From assembly GCA_038126655.1 (NCBI GenBank), contig JAYPGD010000004.1, positions 1-33,182 on the forward strand: a stretch of 33,182 bases of DNA. The letters are read 5' to 3'. The DNA is from Verrucomicrobiales bacterium (GTDB lineage: Bacteria; Verrucomicrobiota; Verrucomicrobiia; Limisphaerales; JAYPEY01). Every line of letters starts with the position of its first letter. The stretch's first letter is position 1. Below the pieces are notes generated by a model. It was not told the DNA's origin. It searched no databases and saw only the letters and a program-made list of their open reading frames with translations. This document shows, in pieces, positions 15,612-24,968 of the stretch. A program made the position numbers and the translations under genes.

Positions 15612-17084
15612 TCAAGTGATCCATGCGTTCAGTAGAAATCCGGTCAGCGCCGCGATGACAAACAGGAGCGATCCGACGAGCCAGCGATGGCGCTTGAGCG
15701 CGCCGGCCACGCCGGCCTGGTAGGCGGCGACCTCCTCCTGCAGCTCCGTCACGTTCAAATGGCGGTCCTCAGGCTTGCGGGCGAGCGCCTTCATGGCCAC
15801 ATCGGACAAGGCCTCGGGGATCACGCCGCCGGGACAATGCGCCAGCGTCACGCGCGCCTGCGCCCCGTGGTCGACGCCCCCCCTCTGGAATTGCAGCCAG
15901 CGAGGCAGCATCGAATGCGCTCGCGCCTGCCATGTCCGGTTGAAGTAGGCGGGCGGGACGATGAATCCCATTTCAATCTTCCGCAGCAGTTCGTCCATGC
16001 TGGAGGCCGTCACCGGCGCCCTCAACGTGAGTATGGAAAAAAGGATGCCGCCCAGGGCGAAAATGTCCGTGCGTTCGTCCAGTTGCTCGTTGTGGCCGGC
16101 TGCCTGTTCGGGCGCCATGTACAGGGGCGTGCCCAGGATATCCCCCGCCGACGTCCCCGTGAGACTGGTCTCGTCCGTTTCCCGATCCGGCGCGCCCCGG
16201 GGAAAGTCCCGCTCCGGCTCATCCAGCAACTTCGCCAACCCCCAATCCATCACGAAGACCTCGCCATACTCGCCGATCATGATGTTCTCAGGCTTCAGAT
16301 CCCGATGAATCATCCCTTTCGAATGCGCAAAGGAAATGGCGTCGCAGACCTTCTTGAAAATGTAGATCAGCTTCGACAACCGGTAGCCCCGGACAAACCG
16401 CGCGCTGCCCGTCGCAATGCCTTCGAGCACATCCTTGAGCGTCACGCCGCGCACATACTTCATCGTGTAGAAGACACGGTTGTCCTCGTCCACGGCAAGT
16501 TCGTGCACCGGGGCGATGTTGGGATGGTCCAACTGTCCCATCACGCGCGCCTCGCGGACAAAGCGCGCCAGGCTCTGCCGGTTGGCGGCCTGATCGCCCA
16601 ACATCACTTTCATGGCAACCGTGCGACCGAGGTTCAGGTCGCGCGCGCCGTGAATGGCGCCCATGCTCCCGTGGCAGATCGTGTAGCCAATCTCATAACG
16701 ACGCCCTCTCAAGGACTCCTCCAACCGGCCATCGCTCAGATCTTCGGGCTCCGACGATGGTTTCGTCGGGGCGCGTTCGTCCTCGACCGGAAGGATTCGG
16801 AGGATCGTGCTGCCGAGTTCCACGCGACTGGGGACATCGAGCTCCGTGGGACGCGTCACGATCTTTCCGCCCACCCGGGTTCCGGCGGCGCTGCCAAGAT
16901 CCTCGATCTTCACCGTGTCCTCGGTCAGGACGAGTCGGGCATGCGTGTGGGCGATCTCCTCCAGATCCAGATTGATGTGACAGACGCCGTCACGCCCAAT
17001 CAGATACTCGCCCGGCTCCAGTTCGAACCTCCCCAAAGAGGCTTCGCCCCGGGTGACAATGACTTCAATGCGCGCTCCTGACAT
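15612..17084 (-). CDS. FHA-domain Ser/Thr protein kinase (Hanks type) with a single C-terminal transmembrane anchor (490 aa)
   Basis: N-terminal FHA: YLIGRDGVCHINLDLEEIAHTHARLVL...IEDLGSAAGTRVGGK. Kinase motifs: GSMGAIHGA...VAMKV, HRDLKPENIMI, DWGLAKL, YMAPEQ, DIFALGGILF. C-terminal hydrophobic helix WLVGSLLFVIAALTGFLLNAWIT. Confidence 0.92.
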   Translation of the reverse strand: MSGARIEVIVTRGEASLGRFELEPGEYLIGRDGVCHINLDLEEIAHTHARLVLTEDTVKIEDLGSAAGTRVGGKIVTRPTELDVPSRVELGSTILRILPVEDERAPTKPSSEPEDLSDGRLEESLRGRRYEIGYTICHGSMGAIHGARDLNLGRTVAMKVMLGDQAANRQSLARFVREARVMGQLDHPNIAPVHELAVDEDNRVFYTMKYVRGVTLKDVLEGIATGSARFVRGYRLSKLIYIFKKVCDAISFAHSKGMIHRDLKPENIMIGEYGEVFVMDWGLAKLLDEPERDFPRGAPDRETDETSLTGTSAGDILGTPLYMAPEQAAGHNEQLDERTDIFALGGILFSILTLRAPVTASSMDELLRKIEMGFIVPPAYFNRTWQARAHSMLPRWLQFQRGGVDHGAQARVTLAHCPGGVIPEALSDVAMKALARKPEDRHLNVTELQEEVAAYQAGVAGALKRHRWLVGSLLFVIAALTGFLLNAWIT

Positions 17085-17157
17085 GGCAATGCCTCCACTG
17101 GCCGGACGTCAACACCCCCCTCACCCCATTTGAGCCCCCCGGCGCGAACAACGGACC

Positions 17158-17523
17158 TCAAGGCAACAGTTCCTTGATCGCGTTCTTGATATCCGCCGAG
17201 ACGAACGGCTTGCTGAAAGTCCGGTGCGCCCCCATTTTGGTCGCCCAATCCAGAATCTTGCGCGGCCCCACCTGCGATACGCCCGAGATGGCGATGATCT
17301 TCACCCCCGGGTTCAATTTGCGCAGCTCAATGATGGTCTCCAGCCCTCCCTTGTCCGGCATCATGATGTCGCAGATGACCAAATCCGCGGGTTTCTCCTC
17401 GAAAAGATCAACCGCATCAAACCCATTGGCCGCCAGATCGATCTTGTGTCCGTCCTCTTCCAACAGGACAGATGGCGTTTCCCGAATCCCGGCTTCGTCG
17501 TCGATGATCAGATTGCGTGCCAT
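17158..17523 (-). CDS. Single-domain response regulator (CheY-like receiver, 121 aa)
   Basis: MARNLIIDDEAGIRE...DLVICDIMMPDKGGLE (phospho-acceptor Asp)...IIAISG...FSKPF, the canonical receiver signature. No output domain. Confidence 0.9.
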   Translation of the reverse strand: MARNLIIDDEAGIRETPSVLLEEDGHKIDLAANGFDAVDLFEEKPADLVICDIMMPDKGGLETIIELRKLNPGVKIIAISGVSQVGPRKILDWATKMGAHRTFSKPFVSADIKNAIKELLP

Positions 17524-17554
17524 AACCTGCCCGCCTTATACGCCGAAACCCCGG

Positions 17555-18031
17555 TCAATTGCCAGCCTCAATCTCCCCGCCGAATCCCTGCTGACGCAAC
17601 GCCTCGAATAAAACCAGCGCCGCGCAGTTGGAAAGGTTCAAGGATCTTGCCTCGGATTGGAACATCGGAATCCGCAGCCAACCATCCGGACGCGACTCCA
17701 ACAGTCCCTTGGGCAACCCGGCGGTCTCGCGGCCGAAAACCAGATAATCGCCGGCGCCATATTGCACCTCGTCATAACGCCGGGCGCCGCCGGATTCGAT
17801 GAACCACAGCCGCGCCTCCGCGTCCAATCCTCTCTCAAAAGACGCCCAATCCGGCCACTTCCGCCAGTTCACCAGCCTCCAATAATCCATGCCCGCCCGC
17901 TTCAGACGCCGATCGTCCAGTTCAAAGCCCAGCGGCTCGATCAGGTGCAGTTCCGCGCCCGTCGCCGCGCACAAGCGCGCGATGTTTCCGGTGTTGGGAG
18001 GGATTTCAGGTTCGACCAGAACGATTCGCAT
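17555..18031 (-). CDS. trmL: tRNA (cytidine/uridine-2'-O-)-methyltransferase TrmL (SpoU/TrmH family, 158 aa)
   Basis: ORF 17555..18865 trimmed to the ATG at 18031: MRIVLVEPEIPPNTGNIARLCAATGAELHLIEPLGF...DYLVFGRETAGLP...IPM...RSLNLSNCAALVLFEALRQ. The upstream 278 codons are Arg/Gly-rich and overlap the HPr gene, so I treat them as spurious. Confidence 0.88.
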   Translation of the reverse strand: MRIVLVEPEIPPNTGNIARLCAATGAELHLIEPLGFELDDRRLKRAGMDYWRLVNWRKWPDWASFERGLDAEARLWFIESGGARRYDEVQYGAGDYLVFGRETAGLPKGLLESRPDGWLRIPMFQSEARSLNLSNCAALVLFEALRQQGFGGEIEAGN

Positions 18032-18093
18032 GACAGAGGAAATCGAGCGACTGGAACCCGGATGCGGCGGGCGCGCCCCCCGGAATGCGCCGG

Positions 18094-18363
18094 TCACTCC
18101 TCGTCGAAATTGCGCGCGAACAGCTTGGCAAGCTCCTCCAGAGCCGACTCCGCGTCGTCGCCGATCGCCTCGACCGTGACGGAACTGCCCGGCCCCGCCG
18201 CCAGCATCATCAGGCCCATGATGCTCTTGCCATTGACCCGTTCGCCTTCCTTGTCCACGAACACCTCCGCCGCAAACTGGTTCGCCACCTTGACAAACAT
18301 CGCCGCCGGCCGGGCGTGGATGCCCAGCTTGTTGGCGACGACAAATTCGCGGCTGATCTTCAT
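18094..18363 (-). CDS. ptsH: HPr-family phosphocarrier protein (89 aa)
   Basis: ORF 18094..19032 trimmed to the ATG at 18363: MKISREFVVANKLGIHARPAAMFV (His-15 site)...VNGKSIMGLMMLA (Ser-46 site)... Confidence 0.9.
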   Translation of the reverse strand: MKISREFVVANKLGIHARPAAMFVKVANQFAAEVFVDKEGERVNGKSIMGLMMLAAGPGSSVTVEAIGDDAESALEELAKLFARNFDEE

Positions 18364-18419
18364 GGCTGCTATCGCCCCGGACGGCGGGCCATGCCGGCGA
18401 CCGTCTCGGGACGCGGCGG

Positions 18420-18448
18420 AGAATACGGACGCGCCCACCCATTGCCAA
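18420..18448 (-). promoter_or_regulatory. Sigma70-like promoter candidate TTGGCA-N17-TATTCT upstream of ptsH
   Basis: Minus strand: TTGGCA = complement of 18443-18448; TATTCT = complement of 18420-18425; spacer 17 nt. It lies about 56 nt upstream of the ATG at 18363, in the divergent ptsH/mfd gap. Confidence 0.35.
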
Positions 18449-18481
18449 TGATTCTTTGCCCGCCTGATTCGTCCCGTTCGA

Positions 18482-21400
18482 TTGACTCTGCCGGAGCCTT
18501 TCTGCACCTTTCGCGGTCTGAAAAAGTCCCAAAACAGACCGAAATCCAGTCGAGTCTTGACCGGCCCTCCCGCCTTGCCGGAATTGACGGACTGGCTGGA
18601 GGAACTGGCGGTCGCCCGCGAACTGACGCTCCATCGGGTCTCCGCCGCCGCCGTGCCCGCCATCGCCGCGGCGATGACGCCGCATCGACGCAATCGCCCC
18701 ATGCTCCTCGTCGCTGACACCCTCAAGACGCAGGAGACGCTCTTCCAGGACCTGCAGACCTGGTTGCGCCGCCCCGATCCGGATTGCCCGGACTCCGCCG
18801 CGCCTCCCGAACCGCTCTTCTTTCCCGCATGGGAAATCAAGCCGGACGAGCAACTCCTCCCCCATATCGACGTCACCAGCGAGCGCCTCGAAACCCTGGT
18901 CCGCCTCCTCGGACGCGACGAGTCATCCCCGACTGAGGAATGCGGCGCGCCCATCATCGTCGCCTCCGCCGCGGCCCTCCTGCAAAAGACCTTCTCCGTC
19001 GACGAACTCAAGTCCCGCGTCCGCCGGCTCAAACGCGGCGACCAACTCGATCCGCTCGATCTGATCGAATGGCTGGAGGATCAGGGCTACGAACCCGAGG
19101 CGCAGGTGACCCAGAAGGGCGAACTCGCCCTGCGGGGCGGCATCGTCGATGTCTTCCCCCCCTGCAGCCCATGGCCGGTCCGCCTCGAATTCTTCGGCGA
19201 TGAACTGGACTCCATCCGCCACTTCGACCCCCACACCCAGATTTCCCGGGAACCTGTCGACCAGGCGGACATCGTTCCCGCCGGGGAACTCTCCATCCTG
19301 CGCAGACTGGTCGACACCCCGAAGAAGTCGAAATCCCGGAAGGCCGCCCGCCCCGTCGCCCCCCGTTTAAGCAATCTGCTGGCGCATCTGCCGGAAAAGC
19401 CGCTGGTTCTCCTCTGTGAGCCGGACCTGATCGAGGTCGCCGCCGATCACCACAGCGGGGACGCCCCCGAGGAATCCCCGTTTCTTTCGACCTGGCAGGA
19501 GCTCCTTTCCGACCTGGAATCCCGCCATGCCGGCGTCATTGAACTTCACGAGGCTGAATCCCCCATGCCCGAGCCATCCGCCCTGGCGGACGTCTCATTC
19601 AGCAGCCTGGAAGCCTATCGCTCCGCCGACGAACGCGGCCTCGAACCCCAGATCGCCGAGGCTCGGCGCCGGGATTTCCTCAGTCAACTGCACCGCTGGA
19701 TGCGTCAGGGCCGCGAAGTGCGGATCTTCTGCAACAACGAGGGCGAACGCGACCGCTTCCTAGAAATCTGGAACGACTGCGGCTTCGACCTGCCCGAACC
19801 ATCCTCCTCCAAGAAAGAGAAGTCCGCGCCGCCAACCGCCCCCCGGATCCAGCTCGGCGCCCTGACCCGCGGTTTCATCTGCGAAGCCGCCAACCTCGTG
19901 GTCGTCACCGACGCGGAGATCTTCGGCCGCTACAAGATCCAGAGACCGCGCCGACTCAAATCGCCCCACGCCAACGCGGTCAAGTCCGCGCTCGACATCA
20001 ATTTCACCGACCTCGAGCCCGGCGACCTCGTCGTGCACCTGCACTACGGCATCGGCAAATACACGGGACTCGAAATCCTCCCCAACTCACTCGACAACCT
20101 CAGCCGCGACGACCTCACCGCCGAGGCCGAGGCCGGACAGGAATGCCTCGTCATCGAATACGCGCCCAAGACGCGCGGCGAACCGCCCCCGCGCCTCTTC
20201 GTCCCCGTCACCCACGCGCACCTCGTCAGCAAATACGTCGGCTCCGGCAAAGCCAACCCCAGGCTCAACCGCCTCGGAACCAAACGCTGGCAGAAAACCA
20301 AGGACGAGGCCCGCGAAGCCGTGGCCGACCTCGCCTCCGAACTCCTCGCCATCCAGGCCCAACGCGAAGCCCAACCCGGACACGCCTTCGCGCCCGACGT
20401 CTCCTGGCAGCGCGAGTTCGAGGACGCCTTCGTCTTTGAGGAGACGCCCGACCAGCTCAAGGCGATCCGGGAAACCAAGGGCGACATGGAGCAGCCCCGC
20501 CCCATGGACCGCCTGATCTGCGGCGACGTCGGCTTCGGCAAGACCGAAATCGCCATCCGCGCCGCCTTCAAATGCGCCATGGAAGGCCGCCAGGTCGCCG
20601 TCCTCGTCCCCACCACTGTCCTCGCGCAGCAGCACTACAACAACTTCCGCGAGCGCATGGCCGATTATCCCGTGCGCCTGGAACTGCTCTCCCGCTTCCG
20701 CACCCGCAAACAACAGGATCTCGTCATCCGCGACCTCGCCCTCGGCGCGGTCGACATCGTCATCGGCACCCATCGCCTCGTCCAGCCGGACATGAAGTTC
20801 AAGGATCTCGGCCTGGTCGTCATCGACGAGGAGCAACGCTTCGGCGTCGCCCACAAGGAGACCTTCAAGCTCATGCGCCGCATGGTGGACGTGCTGACCC
20901 TCAGCGCCACGCCCATCCCCCGCACCCTCTACCTCGCCCTCACCGGCGCCCGCGACATGAGCGCCATCGAGACCCCGCCCGCGGACCGCCTGCCCGTCGA
21001 GACCATCGTCACCCATCATGACGAACGCCTCATCCGCAACGCCATCACGCACGAGATGAACCGCGGCGGACAGGTCTACTTCGTCCACAACCGCGTCGGC
21101 ACGATCATGGAGACGGCCAGCCGCCTGAAGTTCCTCGTGCCGGACGCCAGGATCGTGGTCGGGCACGGCCAGATGCCCACCGACGAACTGGAGAAGGTCA
21201 TGACGACCTTCATCAACGGCGAGGCCGACATCCTGCTCAGCACCACCATCATCGAAAGCGGCCTCGATATCCCCAACGCCAACACCATGATCATTGATCG
21301 CGCCGACCGCTTCGGCCTCAGCGATCTCTATCAACTGCGCGGCCGCGTCGGACGCTACACCCGCCAGGCCTACGCCTACCTGCTGGTTCCCCGTTACGCC

Positions 21401-22078
21401 CGGCTCATCGACGACGCCCGCAAGCGCATGAGCGCGATCAAGCAATACTCGGCTCTCGGCAGCGGCTTCAAGATCGCCATGCGCGACCTGGAAATCCGCG
21501 GCGCGGGAAACCTCCTCGGCACGGAACAAAGCGGCCACATCACCGCCGTCGGCTTCGAACTCTACTGCCAGTTGCTCAAGCAGAGCGTCGCCGCCCTCAA
21601 AGGCGAAACCGTCAAGAAACGCGTCCAGGTCTTCATCGACATCGACTTCCTCGCCATGTCTCCGGGAGAAGACCGCGGCGGAAACGAATCTCAAATCTCA
21701 GATTACAAATCTCAGATCACCGACGCCCCCACCCCCTGTTACATTCCCTTCCAGTACATCCCCGAGCCCCAACAACGCGTGGACGTCTACCGCAAGCTCG
21801 CGCAATTGAATGAAAAAGCCGACGTCGAGGCGTTGAAGAACGAACTGCGCGATCGCTTCGGGCCCTTTCCGGACGCCGTCGAACTCCTCCTCCAGGTCGC
21901 CAACCTCAAGGTCCTTGCCAGCGAGCGCGATATCAATGTCATCCAGACCCGCAACGGAAAACTCAAACTCCAACGCAACGACAAATACATCACCGCCAAC
22001 GGCATGTTCCCCCGCCTGAGCAAGAAAACCGCGTCGGCCAGACTGAACGAAATCCGCAGGCTGGCGCTGGCCTTGTAG
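18482..22078 (+). CDS. mfd: Transcription-repair coupling factor Mfd (start uncertain: TTG at 18482 or TTG at 18557)
   Basis: UvrB-homology N-terminal region. CarD/RNAP-interaction block [20 protein letters not shown]2 helicase motifs [44 protein letters not shown]-type block and C-terminal D7 region. The 18482 start codon is TTG. Confidence 0.93.
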   Translation: MTLPEPFCTFRGLKKSQNRPKSSRVLTGPPALPELTDWLEELAVARELTLHRVSAAAVPAIAAAMTPHRRNRPMLLVADTLKTQETLFQDLQTWLRRPDPDCPDSAAPPEPLFFPAWEIKPDEQLLPHIDVTSERLETLVRLLGRDESSPTEECGAPIIVASAAALLQKTFSVDELKSRVRRLKRGDQLDPLDLIEWLEDQGYEPEAQVTQKGELALRGGIVDVFPPCSPWPVRLEFFGDELDSIRHFDPHTQISREPVDQADIVPAGELSILRRLVDTPKKSKSRKAARPVAPRLSNLLAHLPEKPLVLLCEPDLIEVAADHHSGDAPEESPFLSTWQELLSDLESRHAGVIELHEAESPMPEPSALADVSFSSLEAYRSADERGLEPQIAEARRRDFLSQLHRWMRQGREVRIFCNNEGERDRFLEIWNDCGFDLPEPSSSKKEKSAPPTAPRIQLGALTRGFICEAANLVVVTDAEIFGRYKIQRPRRLKSPHANAVKSALDINFTDLEPGDLVVHLHYGIGKYTGLEILPNSLDNLSRDDLTAEAEAGQECLVIEYAPKTRGEPPPRLFVPVTHAHLVSKYVGSGKANPRLNRLGTKRWQKTKDEAREAVADLASELLAIQAQREAQPGHAFAPDVSWQREFEDAFVFEETPDQLKAIRETKGDMEQPRPMDRLICGDVGFGKTEIAIRAAFKCAMEGRQVAVLVPTTVLAQQHYNNFRERMADYPVRLELLSRFRTRKQQDLVIRDLALGAVDIVIGTHRLVQPDMKFKDLGLVVIDEEQRFGVAHKETFKLMRRMVDVLTLSATPIPRTLYLALTGARDMSAIETPPADRLPVETIVTHHDERLIRNAITHEMNRGGQVYFVHNRVGTIMETASRLKFLVPDARIVVGHGQMPTDELEKVMTTFINGEADILLSTTIIESGLDIPNANTMIIDRADRFGLSDLYQLRGRVGRYTRQAYAYLLVPRYARLIDDARKRMSAIKQYSALGSGFKIAMRDLEIRGAGNLLGTEQSGHITAVGFELYCQLLKQSVAALKGETVKKRVQVFIDIDFLAMSPGEDRGGNESQISDYKSQITDAPTPCYIPFQYIPEPQQRVDVYRKLAQLNEKADVEALKNELRDRFGPFPDAVELLLQVANLKVLASERDINVIQTRNGKLKLQRNDKYITANGMFPRLSKKTASARLNEIRRLALAL
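21687..21721 (+). repeat. Low-GC heptanucleotide-periodic tract AATCTCA AATCTCA GATTACA AATCTCA GATCACC inside mfd
   Basis: Read directly. It encodes [13 protein letters not shown] within an insert between the conserved ...DIDFLA and [20 protein letters not shown] blocks. Confidence 0.6.
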
Positions 22079-22090
22079 GCCGATCGCTGG

Positions 22091-24904
22091 CTACTTCACC
22101 TTCTTCCTCCGCCCCGTCAGGGCCTTGTCCAGCCGCTTGATCGCGAAACGGACCTTCCGCTCGAGATATTCCCGTTCCTGCTCCCCCCCGACCTTCTCCC
22201 CTTTCCAGTCGGTGATGTAGAAGGTGTCGATCGCCGCGCCCTTCTCCGTCGAAATGCGCGCGACATCGATGGAAAAACTCAGGTCGTTCAGTGCATTGGA
22301 GATGAAGTAGAGCAGCCCGACCCGGTCCTCCGTTTCCACGTCCACGACCGTGTGGCTTCTGGATGAATCGTTGTCGAAACGGATGACCGTCTCAATCCGC
22401 TCGTCTTCCAACGCCTGATAAATGGGCGGGATGTATTTCCGCTCGACGATCATCTTGGCGTAATCCACCTCCAGGCGGCCGCTGAGCGATTCGGTCAGGA
22501 TCTCCTCGGCGTGCTCCTTGGCCTTCTTCGTCGCGAGACCGCCCGTGTCGGCGTCGGTGACCTCGTAGGCGTCCACGACGATGCCGTCCGAACGGGAGAA
22601 GATCTGGGCGCCATGAATGTTCAGGCCGGCGGCGGACAGGGCCCCGGCGGTCTTCACGAAGAGCCCCGCCCTGTCCCAGGTGCAGATCTTGAATTCAGTG
22701 AAGCCCCGGTCCGGCTCGTTGCGCCAATACACCACCGGCTCCAGGGCCCGGTCCTCGGTGGTCAACTGCAGGTGCATGAACTGATGCGCCAAAACCAGAT
22801 CCCGACAAATCTCCTCCGCATTGTGCGTGTGGAAATAGCGGTCCGGAAAATGATCGAAGGCGCCGTCGATCTCGTCGTCCGAGAACGTCCTCGGAGCCAG
22901 CTTGCGCACTTCGTCCCGCAGCGCCTGCTTCTGCTTCTCCTCGGCCATGATGAACGCCGTGTCGCCGGAAACCTTCATCGCGGTCAGGTGGTGAAGCGTC
23001 GTCAAAAGCCCGTCCTTGAAGCCGTTCCAGAGACTGCGACTGGTGCCCAGGGAATCCGCCACCGTGAGCAATGTCAGCATCCGCAGTTGGTCCGCGGTCT
23101 CCACAAACGAAGCAAACTGATCGATCACATCCGGATCGTAAAGGTCCCGCTGCTGCGAGATGCGCACCATGGCCAGATGCTCGTCCACCAGCCACTTCAA
23201 CTGTTTCACCCGCCGGTCGCTCAGGCCAATCCGCTTTCCGACCAACTCCGCGATCTTCCCCCCGGCGTCCGAATGATCCCCCGTGTGCAGCGCCTTGCCC
23301 GCGTCGTGCAACAACAGCGCGAGATAGAGCACGTAGGGCCGCTCCACCTCGGAGAAGGCCTCGGAGTAGTTCTTGTGCGGCTCCGTCTTCGCCTGCCAGA
23401 TCGCGTCGAGTTCCTTCAGGCACATCAGGGTGTGCTCGTCCGCCGCGTATTGATGAAAGAACTCATGCTGCACAAGGCAGGTCAACTTGCCGAACTCCGG
23501 GATGTATTTCCCCAGAAAATCGGTGTCGTGCATCATGCGCAGGATGCCGGCCACATTGCCTCGTTCGTTCAGAATCTCCCGGAAGGTCTCATGCACATGC
23601 TCGTCCCCAAGAAACTTCCGGTTCACCAGCCGCAGGCTTTCCCGAATGAGCTGAAACAGGTCCGGATGCAGCTCCAAACCCCGCTGCTGCGCGTGCAGAA
23701 ACACCCGCATCAGCCGACGCGGCTGCTCCTTGAACACCCGCTTCGACTCGGCGTGAATGAAGCCGTTCAGGAACTTGAAGCCGTCCACCTTGACCTCCGC
23801 CGCCTCATCCCGGCGTTTCTGCATCATCCGCCGAAAGGTCGGGATCCGCCGGGCCTGCGGGCGCAGCGCCAACCGCTGCTCCAGATTTCGCGTCAACAGC
23901 AGGATGGTGCGCGTGTGCTGGTAGTAGTCGCGCATGAAGGCCTCCAACCGGCCGCTCGGCGAGCGATTGCGGTAGTTGAGCCGATAGGCGATGCGCGGCT
24001 GCAGCGCCTTCGGCAGCGCGTCCACGTTCTTCTCCACGCGATAATGCAGCTCCGTGCGCACCCGCAGCAGAAAATCGTAGGCCGCGTCCAGCTGCTTCAC
24101 CTCCGACGCGCCGATCAGCCCCTGCTCCATCAGGTCTTCCGTCCGCCGGACGCCATACTTCACATAAGCCATCCAGAAAAGATTCTGGTAGTCGCGCAGC
24201 CCGCCGCAGCCGTTCTTGATGTTGGGCTCCTGCATGCAGGCCGAATTGCCGAACTTCTCCCGCCGCGCCTCCTGATCCTCCACCCGCTCGCGACAATAGG
24301 CGTCTTCCTTCCCTTTCACACACTTGCTGTCCAAGGCCTTCATGTAGCGTTGAAACAGCTTCTCATCGCCCTCGATCAACCTGGATTCAATCAGCGCGGT
24401 CTTGGTCTCCATGTCGTTGCGGGCCAGTTCCACGGATTCCTGGATCGTGCGGACGGAATGCCCGACCTTGAGCTGGATGTCCGTCAGGGCGTAGACCATC
24501 CCCCCGGGCCCCATGAGCTGATCCAGAAAGGGAATCGGCCTGCCCCGCGGAATCATCTTCCCATCGTGCAGGATCATGATGTCGACGTCGCTGTGCGGGT
24601 TCAATTCAGCCCGTCCATATCCCCCAAAGGCCACCAGGCAGAACGGCGGCAGTTCCTGCTGCTCCTCCGGCAACGACGCCTTCACCGAAGCCATCATGTG
24701 CTTCAGCAGCTCGTCCATCATCACCGAACGCCCCCGACAGATCTCCCGCCCGCCGCCGCCGGCCCGGTGCAGGATGTGAAGTCGGTGCGTCTCCACCTTC
24801 AGGTAGCGCTTGTAGCGCGTCAGCTCCTTGCCCGGCAGCTTCCCTTTCGGCAATTTCAAACGCTCCGCGGCACTGGCGATGATTCTGTGTTCCAATGTCG
24901 GCAT
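22091..24904 (-). CDS. glnD: Bifunctional [protein-PII] uridylyltransferase / uridylyl-removing enzyme GlnD (937 aa)
   Basis: ORF 22091..24988 trimmed to the ATG at 24904 (MPTLEHRIIASAAERL...). Nucleotidyltransferase block LVAFGGYGRAELNPHSDVDIMILHD. GlnD central region. HD domain LLHDAGK...DHSDAG. Two C-terminal ACT-like repeats (FKICTWDRAGLF..., VVDVETEDRVGLLYFISNAL). Confidence 0.92.
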   Translation of the reverse strand: MPTLEHRIIASAAERLKLPKGKLPGKELTRYKRYLKVETHRLHILHRAGGGGREICRGRSVMMDELLKHMMASVKASLPEEQQELPPFCLVAFGGYGRAELNPHSDVDIMILHDGKMIPRGRPIPFLDQLMGPGGMVYALTDIQLKVGHSVRTIQESVELARNDMETKTALIESRLIEGDEKLFQRYMKALDSKCVKGKEDAYCRERVEDQEARREKFGNSACMQEPNIKNGCGGLRDYQNLFWMAYVKYGVRRTEDLMEQGLIGASEVKQLDAAYDFLLRVRTELHYRVEKNVDALPKALQPRIAYRLNYRNRSPSGRLEAFMRDYYQHTRTILLLTRNLEQRLALRPQARRIPTFRRMMQKRRDEAAEVKVDGFKFLNGFIHAESKRVFKEQPRRLMRVFLHAQQRGLELHPDLFQLIRESLRLVNRKFLGDEHVHETFREILNERGNVAGILRMMHDTDFLGKYIPEFGKLTCLVQHEFFHQYAADEHTLMCLKELDAIWQAKTEPHKNYSEAFSEVERPYVLYLALLLHDAGKALHTGDHSDAGGKIAELVGKRIGLSDRRVKQLKWLVDEHLAMVRISQQRDLYDPDVIDQFASFVETADQLRMLTLLTVADSLGTSRSLWNGFKDGLLTTLHHLTAMKVSGDTAFIMAEEKQKQALRDEVRKLAPRTFSDDEIDGAFDHFPDRYFHTHNAEEICRDLVLAHQFMHLQLTTEDRALEPVVYWRNEPDRGFTEFKICTWDRAGLFVKTAGALSAAGLNIHGAQIFSRSDGIVVDAYEVTDADTGGLATKKAKEHAEEILTESLSGRLEVDYAKMIVERKYIPPIYQALEDERIETVIRFDNDSSRSHTVVDVETEDRVGLLYFISNALNDLSFSIDVARISTEKGAAIDTFYITDWKGEKVGGEQEREYLERKVRFAIKRLDKALTGRRKKVK

Positions 24905-24927
24905 CCGGACGGAGCATAAATTTGAAT

Positions 24928-24956
24928 TTAACTCCCCGCAACCGCGTTGATACAAT
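24928..24956 (+). promoter_or_regulatory. Sigma70-like promoter candidate TTAACT-N17-TACAAT in the AT-rich divergent glnD / DUF1592 gap
   Basis: TTAACT 24928-24933, TACAAT 24951-24956, spacer 17 nt. The GTG start at 24969 is only 12 nt past the -10, implying a very short leader. This is the most AT-rich patch of the window (ataaatttgaatttaact). Confidence 0.4.
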
Positions 24957-24968
24957 CGACGTCTTGTT

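Noticed and set aside
1092-18031. TrmL, which 2'-O-methylates the wobble base of tRNA-Leu(CAA/UAA) in E. coli, and a tRNA-Leu(UAA) gene occur in the same window.
   Set aside because: They are 16 kb apart, on opposite strands and in different transcription units. This is most likely coincidence rather than a functional locus.
17555-19032. Long N-terminal extensions in the ORF track: trmL as 436 aa, HPr as 312 aa, LysR as 424 aa, the PSD1 protein as 1118 aa and the HEAT protein as 1044 aa.
   Set aside because: The extensions are compositionally junk (Arg/Gly/Pro-rich) and overlap the 3' ends of upstream genes. In each case an internal ATG gives a canonical N-terminus: a signal peptide, a wHTH, or the conserved first strand of the family.
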